From: Octopus vulgaris
Taxonomy: Eukaryota
Assembly (NCBI GenBank): GCA_951406725.2
Contig: OX597819.1
Location: 99,944,001 to 100,008,000, forward strand
Direction: 5' to 3'
Length of the DNA: 64,000 nucleotides
Under the pieces are notes generated by a model that saw only the letters and a list, made by a program, of their open reading frames with translations, ran no database searches and had not been told where the DNA came from. The translations under genes and the position numbers were made by a program. Below, piece by piece: positions 40,401 to 55,052 of this stretch. The number at the start of each line of letters is the position of its first letter. Positions within the stretch are counted from its first letter, which is position 1.

Positions 40401-40618
40401 CCACCATTCCTGGCCGCTTTCCATCTACAACTGGTATTTCTATACGTCTGTAACAAGAATCATTCTGAAGACGAACACTGCTGTTTCGAGATATTTTACT
40501 TTAAGTAAGATATACAAAATGTTATGATATATATATACATATATTTATAACGTACATATATACACGCAAACATACATGCATACATATATATATATATATA
40601 AATACACACACACACACT

Positions 40619-40676
<58 letters not shown>

Positions 40677-41482
40677 TAATATCCATGTAAACGCGCACAT
40701 ACACGCAGACACAAGCACAAACGTACCGCGCGAGAGTGAGAATGGGAAGAAGAAGAGGGAGACTATCAGTTTCATTTCGAAGAAGGCCAACGCTGGGGAG
40801 TCGTTAAAACAAAATCGCTTAGCAAGTTGCTTACTTTCTTAATTATCCATGACTAATCTATAAATATGACATTCTCGTTAATAATATTCTTATCTGATGA
40901 ACTCAAAATAACCAGGAAATTGAAGGAGCACATAAAAAGTGAAACTAAAGAAGCGAGCCAAGTAAACATCATGTTTTGTTTGTTATGTACAAGAAGTGTC
41001 AGAGCCGCAGCGAACATCATCCGCTTTTAAAAGAATTGAGAATATAACTCAGGCTTTGTAGAGCGTGTATTTTGGATAATGTAGATCTGTTACATGGTAT
41101 GTTTACGATAGTTATTATACAAATATGCGAGAAAATGGTTACGAAAATATATGCTTGAAATCTTTATGTATGTATGTATGCATGTAATAATGTATGTATG
41201 TATGTATGTATGTATGTATGTATGTATGTATGTATGTATGTATGTATGTATGTATGTATGTGTATGTATGTACTTATGTATGCATAAGAAAATGTTTACG
41301 AAAATCTATGTCTGAAATCTTAGGTATGTATGTATGTATATATGTATGTATATATGTATGAATGTATGTATGTACTTTTGCATGCATGTATGTATGAAAG
41401 CATGCATATATTTATGTGTGTGTGTGTGTTTCTGTGTGTGTGTGTGTGTGTGTGCGTGTGTGTGTGTGTGTGTGTTTGTGTG

Positions 41483-41725
41483 TGGTAGCGCGTGGGTTAC
41501 TGGCTTGGGTATTTCGCTCATGGTTGTATGATTCCGGTTTCGATTCTTTGGCCAGGTGTTGCGTTGTATTCTTGAGCAAAACATTTCATTTCACATTACT
41601 CCATCCCATTCTGCAGACAAAAATGAATTATCCTGTGGTGGACTGGACGTACCGTCAAGGGGAAGAATATATCTGCCATAGAAGCAGAAAAGTAGGCCTC
41701 ATTAGCCTAAGGCTCGGTTAGGGCA
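41483..41725 (+). mobile_element. Old tRNA-derived SINE
   Basis: B-box ggtttcgattc, centre gcgttgtattcttgagcaaaacatttcatttcac, and cctgtggtggactgg motif. Confidence 0.6.
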
Positions 41726-42372
41726 TTTGGTCCATTATATAAGTGTGTATATATGTGTGGGTCTGTCAGTGCGCGTGTGTGTATGCGCGCGCATGTGTGT
41801 GTGCGTGTGTGTGTGTATCTGAGAGAGACAGAGTGAGATAGAGTGAAGAGAGAGAGAGAGTGTGTGAAAGAGAGAGTGTGTGAGAGAGAGAGAGACAGTG
41901 TGCGTGTGTGTATGTATTGTATGTAAGCTCGTAGGTACGTACGTAAGGAGGCAGGTAATAAGCAATTTGAGTATATATTTATAGAGGCTTGTATGATTGC
42001 ATGAATGAATTCATATTCCTTAAAGAATTGTGTAAGGTGTGTATTTATAATGTTACTATATTGCTTTTTGTATGCAAGTACGAATGTGTTGTACGAATGT
42101 TTATGCAAGACTGTGTGCATCTATGTCTGTATATGTGTGTGAATACACACACACACACGCACATGCATATATATATATATATATGTGTGTGTGTGCATGT
42201 GTGTGTGTGTATGAGTGTGTACATATATATACACACATACATACACTTGAGCACATAAATGCAAAACAAGGTGTTAATATAGTGCTTGACTACCGAACGT
42301 AGAGTAATATATTTTTTTATTAAAGTTGCAAAATTACCACAGAACTGTTGCTCAGAGTTCGTCAGACAGTTG

Positions 42373-42408
<36 letters not shown>

Positions 42409-42614
42409 GTATGTATGTATATACGTATGTATCTATGTACGAATGTATGTATATAGGCATGTATATATGATTATATATATATGTATATATATGACTATAT
42501 ATATATATATATATATGTATGTATGGTATGTGTGCGTATATGAATCTATATGAAGATATATAGATATATACCTATACCCATATATCTATGTAACTATCTA
42601 TGTATAACTGTCTT

Positions 42615-42743
<129 letters not shown>

Positions 42744-42760
42744 TGATAGATAGATAGACA

Positions 42761-43228
42761 AATATGTTTCTTTATTAGCCACACAGGGCTGCACACAGAT
42801 AGAACAAATTACAAGGTAGAGCTTTTCTTTTGAAGGTTTAAGAAAGAAAAAAAAAAAAAAAAAAAAAGGAAGGGGGAGTTTCGATCAAAAGGGATCGTAA
42901 AAGGAGAGAAAGAGGACAAAAAAAGGGGGGTTTAAAAAAAAGGGGGGAGGAAAAAATTGATCAATAGGGATCGTTATCACAGAAATGTCAATATGAAGTG
43001 TAAAGGGGAGGACAGGTGAGGTTTACCCGTGCAAAGAAAAGCCTACGGAAAAGACCACGGTAACCTCGGTCAATGATGTCACATTTTATATTTCTTTTTT
43101 TTTTTTTTGCAAATAAGCAACTCTCTGTTTTCGATTTCTGGGTTCATAGGACTATGCTCAAGGTGGCTTCGTCATTCATACGTGCCATTCTTGCTACATT
43201 CACCCATCTTTTTTTAAAACATTCGCTA
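42761..43228 (-). mobile_element. 5'-truncated L1/Tx1-like LINE 3' end inserted in (GATA)n
   Basis: ORF C-terminus SECFKKRWVNVARMARMNDEATLSIVL* (F..RW-type L1/Tx1 ending), pyrimidine-rich 3' UTR and AATAAA at 42776-42771. Both flanks are (GATA)n. Confidence 0.7.
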
Positions 43229-43902
43229 ATAGATAGATAGATAGTTACACACACGCGCGCATACATATATGATATGCATGTGTGTATCGCGTGTGTGTAT
43301 ATAATCATGACAGTGTGACGACGGCAAACAACTCCATTCACATAACGTTTGCGGTATGAATATAGGACTGAGAAATACGATAACCCAGATGGTGAATAAC
43401 TTTAACACGGAACCCCCGGTGCCAGGACATGAATGACTTCTTTTAAACACACATTTAAACGTTACACTTGGTATATATGATATATTTTGAGGTTGAGAAT
43501 GGCTGAGAATGTAGATATATGGTTTCATATACACAACCACATATTCACATATAAATGCTCCTACACTGATTTATGTATAGTTGTGAGTATTAATATGTGT
43601 ATATTTGTGTGTATGTACATTTATATATATATATATCGGCGTACGTACACTTTGCTCTCTCTCTCTATATATATATGTATGTATGTATAAACATACCTAC
43701 ACGCATACATAGAGTCATGAGTGTGTGTGTTTGTGTGTATGTTTGTGTATGAGTGTGTGTGTGTGTGTGTGTGTGTGTGTACAGAAAACGTGAGAGAGTG
43801 ATAGAGAGAGAAATGGATACATATAAACAGACTGAATTAGCTATATCTATATATATGCGTATATGCATCTCCTTTTTGTTTCTCTCTCTGTCTTTCTACT
43901 TG

Positions 43903-43934
<32 letters not shown>

Positions 43935-43954
43935 AATAAATACACACATATATA

Positions 43955-44100
43955 CCACGCGTTTCTTTCAGTTTTCGTCTACCAAATCCACTCACAAGTC
44001 TATAGTAGAAGACACTTGCTCAAGGTACTACTCAGATGACTGAACCCGGAACCATGTGGTTGGGAAGCAAGCTTCTTACCTCACAGACACATCTGTGCCT
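43955..44100 (-). mobile_element. SINE family A, 5' part with deletion
   Basis: ctttcagttttcgtctaccaaatccactcacaag...gaacccggaaccatgtggttgg. Confidence 0.8.
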
Positions 44101-44190
44101 ACACGCAAGCACATACATACATACATACATACATACATACATACATACATACATACATACACATATATATATATACATACATATATATAT

Positions 44191-44263
<73 letters not shown>

Positions 44264-44283
44264 CATATATATATATATGTATT

Positions 44284-44482
44284 GCCCGAGTCAGACGCCG
44301 TAATAGATCGTTAGCGACTACACACATTTTTTTCTCTCCTTGTTTTTTCTGTGTACCTTTCTGTAGAAGAGCGTAGGCTCGAAACGTAAAAGACTTTTTC
44401 TATTCCTGCGCGGTATACTAATACATCTGTTTGTTTTGTACACCACCTGTCATCGTCTTTTGTTTATTTTCGTAAACTTTCC

Positions 44483-44486
<4 letters not shown>
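44284..44486 (+). mobile_element. ~200-bp Penelope-like terminal fragment in (TA)n with hammerhead fold
   Basis: Homologous to the reverse complement of 17703-17930; both flanks are (TA)n. Confidence 0.75.
44357..44392 (+). ncRNA. Minimal hammerhead-like motif (variant core CUGUAGA)
   Basis: CUUU-CUGUAGA-A-GAGC-GUAG-GCUC-GAAA-CG-UA-AAAG. Confidence 0.62.
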
Positions 44487-44535
<49 letters not shown>

Positions 44536-44571
44536 CATACATATACATACATGCATACATGCATGCATACA

Positions 44572-44607
<36 letters not shown>

Positions 44608-44663
44608 TACATACATAGATACATAGATACATACATACATACATACATACATACATACATACA

Positions 44664-44740
<77 letters not shown>

Positions 44741-45406
44741 CAGTTATAATTAAAGTTAGATTTAAATTCAAAATTTAAGCTGAATTTTCAGTAAGTCCCT
44801 AGTAATATGCCAGCAAAGCACGCTCACTGCTTATGGCTACTTGTCATCCACGGGAATTGCACAATCGTCGATGGATCTACGTTAGGGATTATTCAGTGCT
44901 AGAATTGGGTATAGTAATAACAATTAATATGGAAGATAGAATATACTGGAATCTTATATACTTATTTTTCACAACGATCGTTTCGACACATCCTCCACCT
45001 CTCCCTCGTGAGTGTGTAAGTATACAATGAATTTCAATGCATCCTGCAGTACAGAAGCATCTCCTCAGGTGATATAACTCGGTTTCCCGTCATATAAGCA
45101 TAATATAGAGCATGTTGATGGTAGTCTTATCTAAAATACATTGAGGAGGAAGGAGGAGTGGCAAAGAATAGATTAAGTTGCTAGACTGAAGATAAAACAA
45201 GAAGTAATTGAAAAAAAATACGATACAAAGAATAAAGAAAGATAAAGCATATAATAAATTAAAATAAAGCACACTATAAGGTGTGCCAGTGCCTGACTGT
45301 CTCTTCTATAAACTGCCTGCTAGTAATAAATGTTTTGATTGTTGGCTATCATCGTCAAGGATGACGTCGTGGCCTGGAATTGGTTCAGAATGTTCAGGTC
45401 ATACAC

Positions 45407-45448
<42 letters not shown>

Positions 45449-45484
45449 GTAGATGGATAGATACATAGATAGATAAATAGAGAG

Positions 45485-45660
45485 ATATATTTCGTTTTTC
45501 GATTTGGTTTGCAAGATTCTTTATATGAGTTCGTGTGTTGAAGCATATTCTGTTGTGTCTGGGTAGAGTAATTTTCTTTTTGTACCTTATAATGTTACAC
45601 ACTCACCGGTAAAATTTTCCTAAAATTTTCGTTGCGTCTTGCAACCTTTTCAATAGTCCT
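45485..45660. repeat. Interspersed repeat, related in inverted orientation to 57900-58050
   Basis: tttggtttgcaagattcttta...gtgttgaagc...gtgtctgggtagagta...cacactcaccgg matches the reverse complement of 57920-58040. Confidence 0.7.
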
Positions 45661-46093
45661 GACTAGATAAATGTATACCTATATTTATACGTATGTATAT
45701 ATATGTATACACAGAGATACATACATGCATCTGCACGCGAGTGTTTGTTTTAATTTAAAGATCCTTCCTCACTAAGATGATTATAGAGGAATGGAGAAAT
45801 GAGAGCACCGGGAGATGGTACTGATAGTTATGAACCAGCTTTTAAGAACATCTTTTATATAAAGAATAAATTCCACCCATTGAATTTTATATTTTGGGAA
45901 ATAAATTATAGTGTAAACGAAAATATTCTCATCGTTTTAGACATCTTGGCTCGAGAAGAAACCTTTAATTTTCTTTAACAAATTCTAAATTCTATCAAAG
46001 TAAAACGCATCCTTGAAAGACAAATGTTAAAATGTGCCATTTTTGTTTCTTTTATTTATGTATTTATTTATTTGCTACTAGAAAAAAAGCAAC

Positions 46094-46127
<34 letters not shown>

Positions 46128-46266
46128 GGCTCACGATCAGTGAGCATCCAGAGTCGACTCCCGTGTAATGTAAACCATTTACCTGCTGCACTCTTCACAT
46201 ATCGTGTAGTAAATACAGATTGCCCTAAACATTTAGTCCCGTGGAAATACGTTTGTGACAACAATA

Positions 46267-46307
<41 letters not shown>

Positions 46308-46324
46308 TTTCTACACAGCCATGA

Positions 46325-46405
46325 AAGTGTCTTCTACTTTGGGCTCGGGCCAACCAAAGCCTTGTGACTGGATTTTGGTAGAGGGAAATAGCAAAAACTT
46401 GTTGT

Positions 46406-46496
<91 letters not shown>

Positions 46497-46750
46497 CGTG
46501 TATGTGTGCATCTTTGTGTCTGTTTTTCCTCCGCTACCCCTTGACAACCAGTCTTGGTGTATTTACGTCCCCGTAACTTACAGGTTCGGTAAAGAGTCCG
46601 ATAAAATAAGTACCAGGCTTCAAACAAAACCAAAAACAAAAAGAAGAAAATAAGTATTGGGGGTCGATTCATTTGACTAAATCATCAAGGCGGTGTCCGA
46701 GCATGGCTGCAGTCAAATGACTGAAAGAAGTAAAAGAGTTAAAAGAGACT
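46325..46750 (+). mobile_element. SINE family A, 5'-truncated, with central (TCTA)n
   Basis: From aagtgtcttctact to gcagtcaaatgactgaaag. Confidence 0.8.
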
Positions 46751-46953
46751 TTTTGCTTTTTCATTCAAAATGGAGAAGAATACCATACCGCTATGTGATC
46801 ACCTTGAAAAATTGTTACGATATTAAGATTTTTTTCTTAACATGAAACCAATGGCAGTCTTAATACACAAATAAAGAAATTTCATCTACCAATGCGGCGT
46901 TAAGCACCCACTCATTCTTATTGTTCGACAGTTACGTGTATGTGCGCTCGCGC

Positions 46954-47027
<74 letters not shown>

Positions 47028-47452
47028 GTGTGCGTGTGTGTGTGTGTGAGTATGTATGTGTAACATCCAGTTAGCCCGCACATAAGGTCAATCTCATTTT
47101 AGACTTCAGATGCTCTTCACATTCTGCTATAATAACGTCCCCGGTCCACGACAGAGAAAAGAAGAAATAATGTCGCTATGACTTTTCGGGGCCCTTCTCG
47201 TAAATAGAATAATAGTGGTTAAGGTTAATTTAGAGATATATATATTAACAAAAAAGAATTTGCATCTTTTTAATTTGTCATGAAAATTACTTGCAAACAA
47301 TTGTAGAGAGCAGCTTTGATAAACAGATCATGTGATTACACGAATATTTGCCTATTTGTTGATTCTGGATAAATTCCAGGCTTTAGTGAACCGAAAAAGA
47401 GAGGGAATAATCGATATTTTGAGCTGTCGGGAAATAATACTCAAGCGTTCAG

Positions 47453-47483
<31 letters not shown>

Positions 47484-47500
47484 GTATGTATTGTATGATG

Positions 47501-47551
<51 letters not shown>

Positions 47552-47568
47552 GTATATATGCGTGTGTG

Positions 47569-47601
<33 letters not shown>

Positions 47602-47624
47602 ATATATATAAACATATATACATT

Positions 47625-47830
47625 TAGCGGTTCGGCAAAAAGAGACCGATAGAATAAGTACTGGGCTTACAAAGAATAAGTCCCGGGGTCGATTTGCTCG
47701 ATTAAAAGCGGTGCTCCAGCATGGCCGCAGTCAAATGACTGAAACAAGTAAAAGAGAGAAAAAAGAGTAAGGAGTATATACACATACATATATATATATG
47801 TATGTATATATATATATACATATGCATATA

Positions 47831-47883
<53 letters not shown>

Positions 47884-48112
47884 ATACTTATACGTTTGTG
47901 TGTCTGTGTTTGTCCCCCCCCCACACACAACATCGCTTGACAACCGATGCTGGTGTGTTTACATGCCCGTAAATTAGCGGTTCGGCAAAACAGACCGATG
48001 GAATAAGTAGTAGTCTTACAAAGAATAAGTCCCGGGGTCGATTTGCTCGACTAAAGGCGGTGTTCCAGCATGGCCACAGTCAAATGACTGAAACACGCAA
48101 AAGCGTAAAGAG
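47625..48112 (+). mobile_element. Two tandem 3' segments of SINE family A
   Basis: ttagcggttcggcaaaa...gcagtcaaatgactgaaac occurs at ~47625-47770 and again within ~47895-48112. Confidence 0.85.
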
Positions 48113-48529
48113 TATATATATATAAATATATACACACACACATACACTCACACACGTACACACATATATTGTATGCATATAAAAGTGTGTATATATATGT
48201 GTGGGTGTGAAAGAGAGTTTTTACTCTAGAAATTATTACTTCTGTAGTAGTAGAATTAATTTTACTGTTGTTCCTTTCGTCGTCTTTTCTCGACGTTTTT
48301 GTTAATGTTGTTATTGCTGTTGTTGTCGTTGTTCTTACTGTTGCTGTTTTGTCAGCTGAATATTAGTAACAAATGAAACAGTAACCAGTTACACTCATGA
48401 CCCTGCAGATATGGAATGCGAACATATCCAAAGTATTCTCACTAACGATGTAAAAGACTGGCACTTGACATGCAGCTGGAGAATGGCACACGTTGTTTGT
48501 GGATGTCTATGCATGTATATGTATACGTA

Positions 48530-48564
<35 letters not shown>

Positions 48565-49053
48565 GTGTGTGTGTGCGTGCGTGTGTATGTGTTTTGTGTT
48601 ATCTGGTGTCCACATGTGTGTGTACGTGGCGGTGTGCGTATGCGATGTGTACATGCGTGTGATTTTTTGCGGACGCCATGTGAGTTTCTGTCAGTGTTAA
48701 GTCGTAAAGCGTTGATCTGGCAAGTAAATAGCGGAAGTCACATGTCCAGTGTTGACAATAAACATCACATTGAAGCAGAAGAAATTGCAAAGAACAAGGC
48801 AAGTTAGAAATTATTGAATGAGAAACAATTCAGTTGAAATGAAAGGCATCAGTTTACTGGTGAATATGACGACAAACGTGATAAATGAAACTAAAAGAAA
48901 GATGGTGGGGTTATGGACTAAAATAGGAAGAAAATGTCTTGAATATAATAGCCACAAAAAAAGGTCAAAATGGGGTGGGTGGAGAAAAATATATGTAAGT
49001 AAAATGTAGAACAAAATTAAGAATGAATAAACCCAAGTGTCGACACGTGATGG

Positions 49054-49106
<53 letters not shown>

Positions 49107-49592
49107 AGAAATGAAAAAGCGAAAGACAAGTAAGAGGAGAGAGATGTATGGGAACCCTTCTTGTATTTTCTTCTGCTGTGTATTGTAGAATACAGAGGCG
49201 TTGATTCATATATGACAAGGTGAGAACGACTAGTGCAAAAAAACTGTGAAAGAAGGAACTATAAATATTGCTGAACTAACAATAGAGTTAGCATTACCAT
49301 CACTATCGTCAACTGTTGAGTGTAATAAGATGTAATAATATCTCTGACAGCATCAGTAATAACAATACCAGCAGTGTTAAAAATAACAATAATTATTGGT
49401 AATTATAATATGTCTAGCCTTAATAGTCTAAATCCATGAAACAGTTATATAGAAAGTTAGGTCCCGGCTATTTTAACTCTGTAAACGAACACCTATAAAG
49501 TATCGAACGTAAATCATTAGTAAAGTGATAAACACAAAAGAGTGAGCAGTACAGCTGCAACGAGAATAACAATAAAAAGCAACAACAACCAG

Positions 49593-49667
<75 letters not shown>

Positions 49668-51149
49668 GTAAGGTGGTGCTAAATTTAATCCGAAATAGAA
49701 CTATGTAATTCAGCAATGTGCTCAGAAAGCAAGAGTACTTTGTTCGAAAAGTTATAGAAGGGTTTAGAATACAAAACTATGTACAACGGGTTTGATTCAA
49801 TTCACTGTACTTCATTTATTGTAATAATAATAATGTTTTTATTGTCAAAACGGTAAGCAAAGCCCATGACCCATTACAGAACCATTAAGATTGGCAGGAA
49901 AGAAAGAGCAAACCATAAACGTAATCCGAATGATTGCAAAAGAGCGGAATCTGTTAAAGATAATCACAGTGCCACAGAGTGGTGTTTTAACCAGGCGAGC
50001 GATTAAGTCTACCACCTAAGTAGGCTATGGCGACATTTGAACTCCGGACACAAAGAGCCAGAAGAAACTGAGAGGCATCTGGTCCATTGCCCTTATGGTT
50101 TTGCCAATCCATTGCCTAGATGATGGTTCGTACTTCTTAATTGACCCCAATAGGATGAAAGGAAATGTTGACATGAATATGATTTGAAATCAGAACTTAA
50201 TGAGAAGGAATAAATATCACGATACAATCAATAGTATTTCGATGCACTTGATGACTTTAATAAAAGTTATATGGTGAATGTTTACTAAAAGAATTTAGAT
50301 AATTATATCCTTAAAATTTTATTCTGAATAAATCACGCATTTACTTCTTACCGAGTCACGTAATGCAGAAAGTGGATGTGTGTGTGGGGGGGGATGAAAT
50401 GCTTACAATACACATATAAGTATTTGTATAAAGTTATTTTCATTGTGTGCATTTCGCTTCAAAACAACACGGAGATAGTCAACCGAAGGAGTAGGCAAGA
50501 TCCACAATCTTACTGTTTCAGATACACCATACTGGCTCCTATAAGAGAACTACCCTATTCATTCTGAGAAACAGTGTGGTTAATCGTATAAAGTGCAGAG
50601 TTGTAGTCAGGAGCCAGTGTACTCTCTCCTCTCACGAGTCTGTTTCTCTGAAAATGCGAATTCTGGTAGTGACCACAATAGGTACTGGCAATTTAGTAAG
50701 TGTGGTCAGAGCGTTGGAAATGTTTTTTTGCAATCACCACCGGTGAATCCCTGCTTAGTTCAAGAGGTTACTGAGGCTATTGATGGTTTTGTATGCGCGT
50801 GCATGTTTGGCTTACTTGAATGGAATTGACAGCGAGTTTAGAATTGTATTGTAGTAGTATCAGGAATATTCTAAATGTAGATGCTGGAGTGTATGTAAAA
50901 TACCAATGACTATGAAGGTTAGTCTTACCTGCATTAAAAATTAGGTTCACTTTTCATTTTTAGTATCTTTATGTGACTATCTAGGTGGTTCATGGATATG
51001 ATCTGTGAGCGGCGTGCGATGGTGGGAAGTGCTTGATGGTTTTGTAGAGAAAATGGCAATTCAGGCTCAGGCTGAAGAGAAGAGAAGTGCCTATGGTCCT
51101 TGCACATCCTCTGAGACAGGTAAGAGCGTTGTTATTAATGTTCTTCTCA

Positions 51150-51560
51150 AACTGATAGAGGTCAACATCTGCTAAAAGAAAAGGAATAGGGAAGGGATTC
51201 CAAAAGGACAGTGATTTACGGAAGAGGAAATGAGCGTAGTGATGAGTGCAGGGCCAGCGTAAGAGTTGGGCGCACCAAAATTAAAGAGGAGTGGAGAAAT
51301 GAGTGAATTGGGGATACCCAAGTAGTAAAAGAAGAAATCTACTTGGCTCCGAAGAACATTATTGTTGTAACACAAAATTAGAGTGAGGAGAGCACGTGCC
51401 ATTAGGGGGTGGGGAATTTGGAGCGTATGTCAGTGATTTAATGCCGACCATTTGAGCGGTATTTCTCTCGATGCGGTCCAGGATTACAGTGTGCGTAGCA
51501 GCAGCGCTTTCCCAGTACCTCCAATGCAGGTATAGGACCAGTACTCCAAAGTAGTCCTCA
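51150..51560 (-). mobile_element. Decayed APE-type LINE (Jockey/CR1 group) C-terminal fragment
   Basis: RYWESAAATHTVILDRIERNTAQMVG resembles the post-RT motif EY...W...LD.IQ..A. Confidence 0.45.
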
Positions 51561-51699
51561 CTTGATCTGGAACATCGTAAAAATAGTGTCATGCTGAAGA
51601 ACACAACACACGGCCCGGTCCGAGAATCAAACTCACAACCTCACATAAGGACCCATGTATGAACGCAAAGGTCTCATAAGGTTTTTCAAGGTCCCTTAC

Positions 51700-52000
51700 C
51701 ACGAATTATAAGACTTGGTACATCGATGTTAAGTATAGTGGAAGATACTTAACACCCAAGTACCAATATCACGATCCTCGCTGTCCCCAACAGCGCAGAT
51801 TTTTGAGCATCATCTACCCACATGTCAATTCCAATTTCTTTGATATACTTCTCGATCTTAGTTAGTGTTCCGAGTGCTGCTACAACTACTGGGTTGGCAG
51901 TTACTCTTTTTATTGCACTATTTCGTGTTTTAATATCTTGCATTTTCCCAGCTTTTCCAGCTCTTTGCTATCCAAACGTGCGTCACCATGTATGACCGTT
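51700..52000 (-). mobile_element. 3' end of another RLE non-LTR element
   Basis: GDARLDSKELEKL...PVVVAALGT...AQKSALLGTARIV.LVL, homologous to the C-terminus of the 10004-10597 ORF. Confidence 0.75.
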
Positions 52001-52029
52001 GCTGTGTTGTTTGTGTTGCAGTTGTTCTT

Positions 52030-52260
52030 CGTAACGAGGCAATCTGGCAAAATAGTAAGTACACCGGGAAAAAGACTTTATATTAGTTAACGGTGAACAA
52101 ATGGTTAGCAGCATTTCATTTGTCTTTACGTTCGGAGTTCAAACTCCGCCGAGGTCACTTTGCCTTCTATTCTTTCGATGTCGATAAAAAAACGTACAAG
52201 TTGAACACTGCGGTCGATGTAATTGATTGCTGGCCTTGTACCAAAATTTGAAATCGTTAT
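52030..52260 (+). mobile_element. SINE family D, diverged
   Basis: gagttcaaactccgccgaggtcactttgccttc...gtcgataaaa. Confidence 0.7.
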
Positions 52261-52392
52261 TGCGACAATGTATGATTTGAAGGAGATTTAGCTGCTTTTT
52301 CTAACTGGTTGACCAAACGCGCACAAATAATCTAGTCGACTTGTTGCCGCTTTTGGATATGTTTTGGGTATTATTATAGAAGTCAATATTGC

Positions 52393-53185
<793 letters not shown>

Positions 53186-53467
53186 GCATAAATGTTGTTG
53201 TTATTGCTGCAGTTTTTATTGTCAATGTTGTTATTGTTGTGCTGTAGTTGTTGGTGTCATTGTTATTGTTATCATTGCTGCTGCTGCTGCGTCTGTTATT
53301 ATCGTTGTGGTGCTGATGTAGCTGTGGGTGATATCGTTGTCGTCGTCATCGTCATCGCTGTTTGTTGTTGATTAATGTGTCCTCGTTGCCATTTTGTCTA
53401 AAGCTGGAATACATTTGGTTTACTTTCATTCTTATTTGTGAAAGAACGGCATTAATTCTGGAGAGCT

Positions 53468-53507
<40 letters not shown>

Positions 53508-53679
53508 CTGTTACTACTACTACTACTACTACTACTACTAATTCAAAATCGTTATTATTGCAATAGTACAAACAACTACAAATGACAGCGTCGACGGTAG
53601 TAGTGGTGGTAGTATTTTAATGGTATTAGTGTTAGTGGTAGTGACGATAATGATGATGATGATGATGTTGGTGTTGGTG

Positions 53680-53710
<31 letters not shown>

Positions 53711-54786
53711 GGGGTGATGGTTGTAGTGGTGATGGTAGTAGTGGTGATGGTAGTAGTGGTGATGATGAAAACGATTACATTGGAAGGTGAGATGATGACA
53801 AAAGCAATGAGAGGTGAGAGAAAATAATAGCAAATGAAGTAGTAGTAGTAGGAGGAGGGGGAAGAGGAGGAGGGGAAGAAGGGAGGGAGGAGGGGGAATA
53901 GGAGGAGGGGGAGAAGGGAGGGGAGGAGGGGGAGGATGAGGACGAGGAGAAGGGGAGGAGGTGGAGATAAAGAAGGCTAGAGGAGGAAAAACAAGAAAAA
54001 CAAGAAAGTGAAGAGGAAAAAAGAAGAAAGAAAAAGCATCATGAAGAAGAAGAAGAAGAAGAAGAAGAAGAAGAAGAAGAAGAAGAAGAAGAAGAAGAAT
54101 GTCAGCAGTGATCAAGCTAAGTGGAGAGTACCGTGCGACTCGGGTGCGTGAGTATGTAACAAGGGTGTATGGTAGGTTGAGGGGAATGAAAGGGTTGGGG
54201 GTGAGAGGAAAGAGAGAGCATGTTTAGCACCAAATGACCTGCGTCTTGAAGAACTTTCTAAAGAAGCAAGTGATAGTCAGAAAATGTCAAGGGTGGTGGG
54301 GGAACTGGCCGCGAGTCCAGCTGAAATAGCAAACGTATCTGGATACAAGAATGATGTCGAAACATATTTCAATAGATTCTAATGGAAATGTGTAGAGCTG
54401 AGTATTTAGCAACAAATGTCAGACTATCACTGACAACACAAGCCTACGTATGTATGCATTTGTGCATGTATGTACGCATGTACGTATGCATGTATGCATG
54501 TATGTATGTGTGTATGTATGTATGTATGTATGTATGTATGTATGTATGTATGTATGCATGTATGTATGTGTATATGTTTGTATGTATGTATGTATGTAAA
54601 TAGGCGTGCATGTATGCATATATGCGTGTATGTATGCATGTATGAATGTATGTATGCACGTTTCTATGTATGTATGTCCGTATGCATGTATGTGTGCATT
54701 TATCTATGCACGTGTGAATTTACGCATGTACTCGTGTGAACATGCACATATATGCATATTATATATGTGTGTGTATTATGTGCATA

Positions 54787-54830
<44 letters not shown>

Positions 54831-55001
54831 TACATATCGAAATTTCATACATTTTACATGCATATATTGATCACACAGTACACGTATCACTTAATATTTA
54901 TATGCATATGTTTAGCTATCTAAAATACAGATACATACATACACACACATATATATGAATATATATGTATATATATGTATGTATGTATGTATATATATAT
55001 A

Positions 55002-55052
<51 letters not shown>

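Noticed and set aside
40455-40495. CTGAAGA-C-GAACA-CTGC-TGTTT-C-GAGA hammerhead-like fold
   Set aside because: GAAA is mutated and there is no stem I or III. At best a dead relic.
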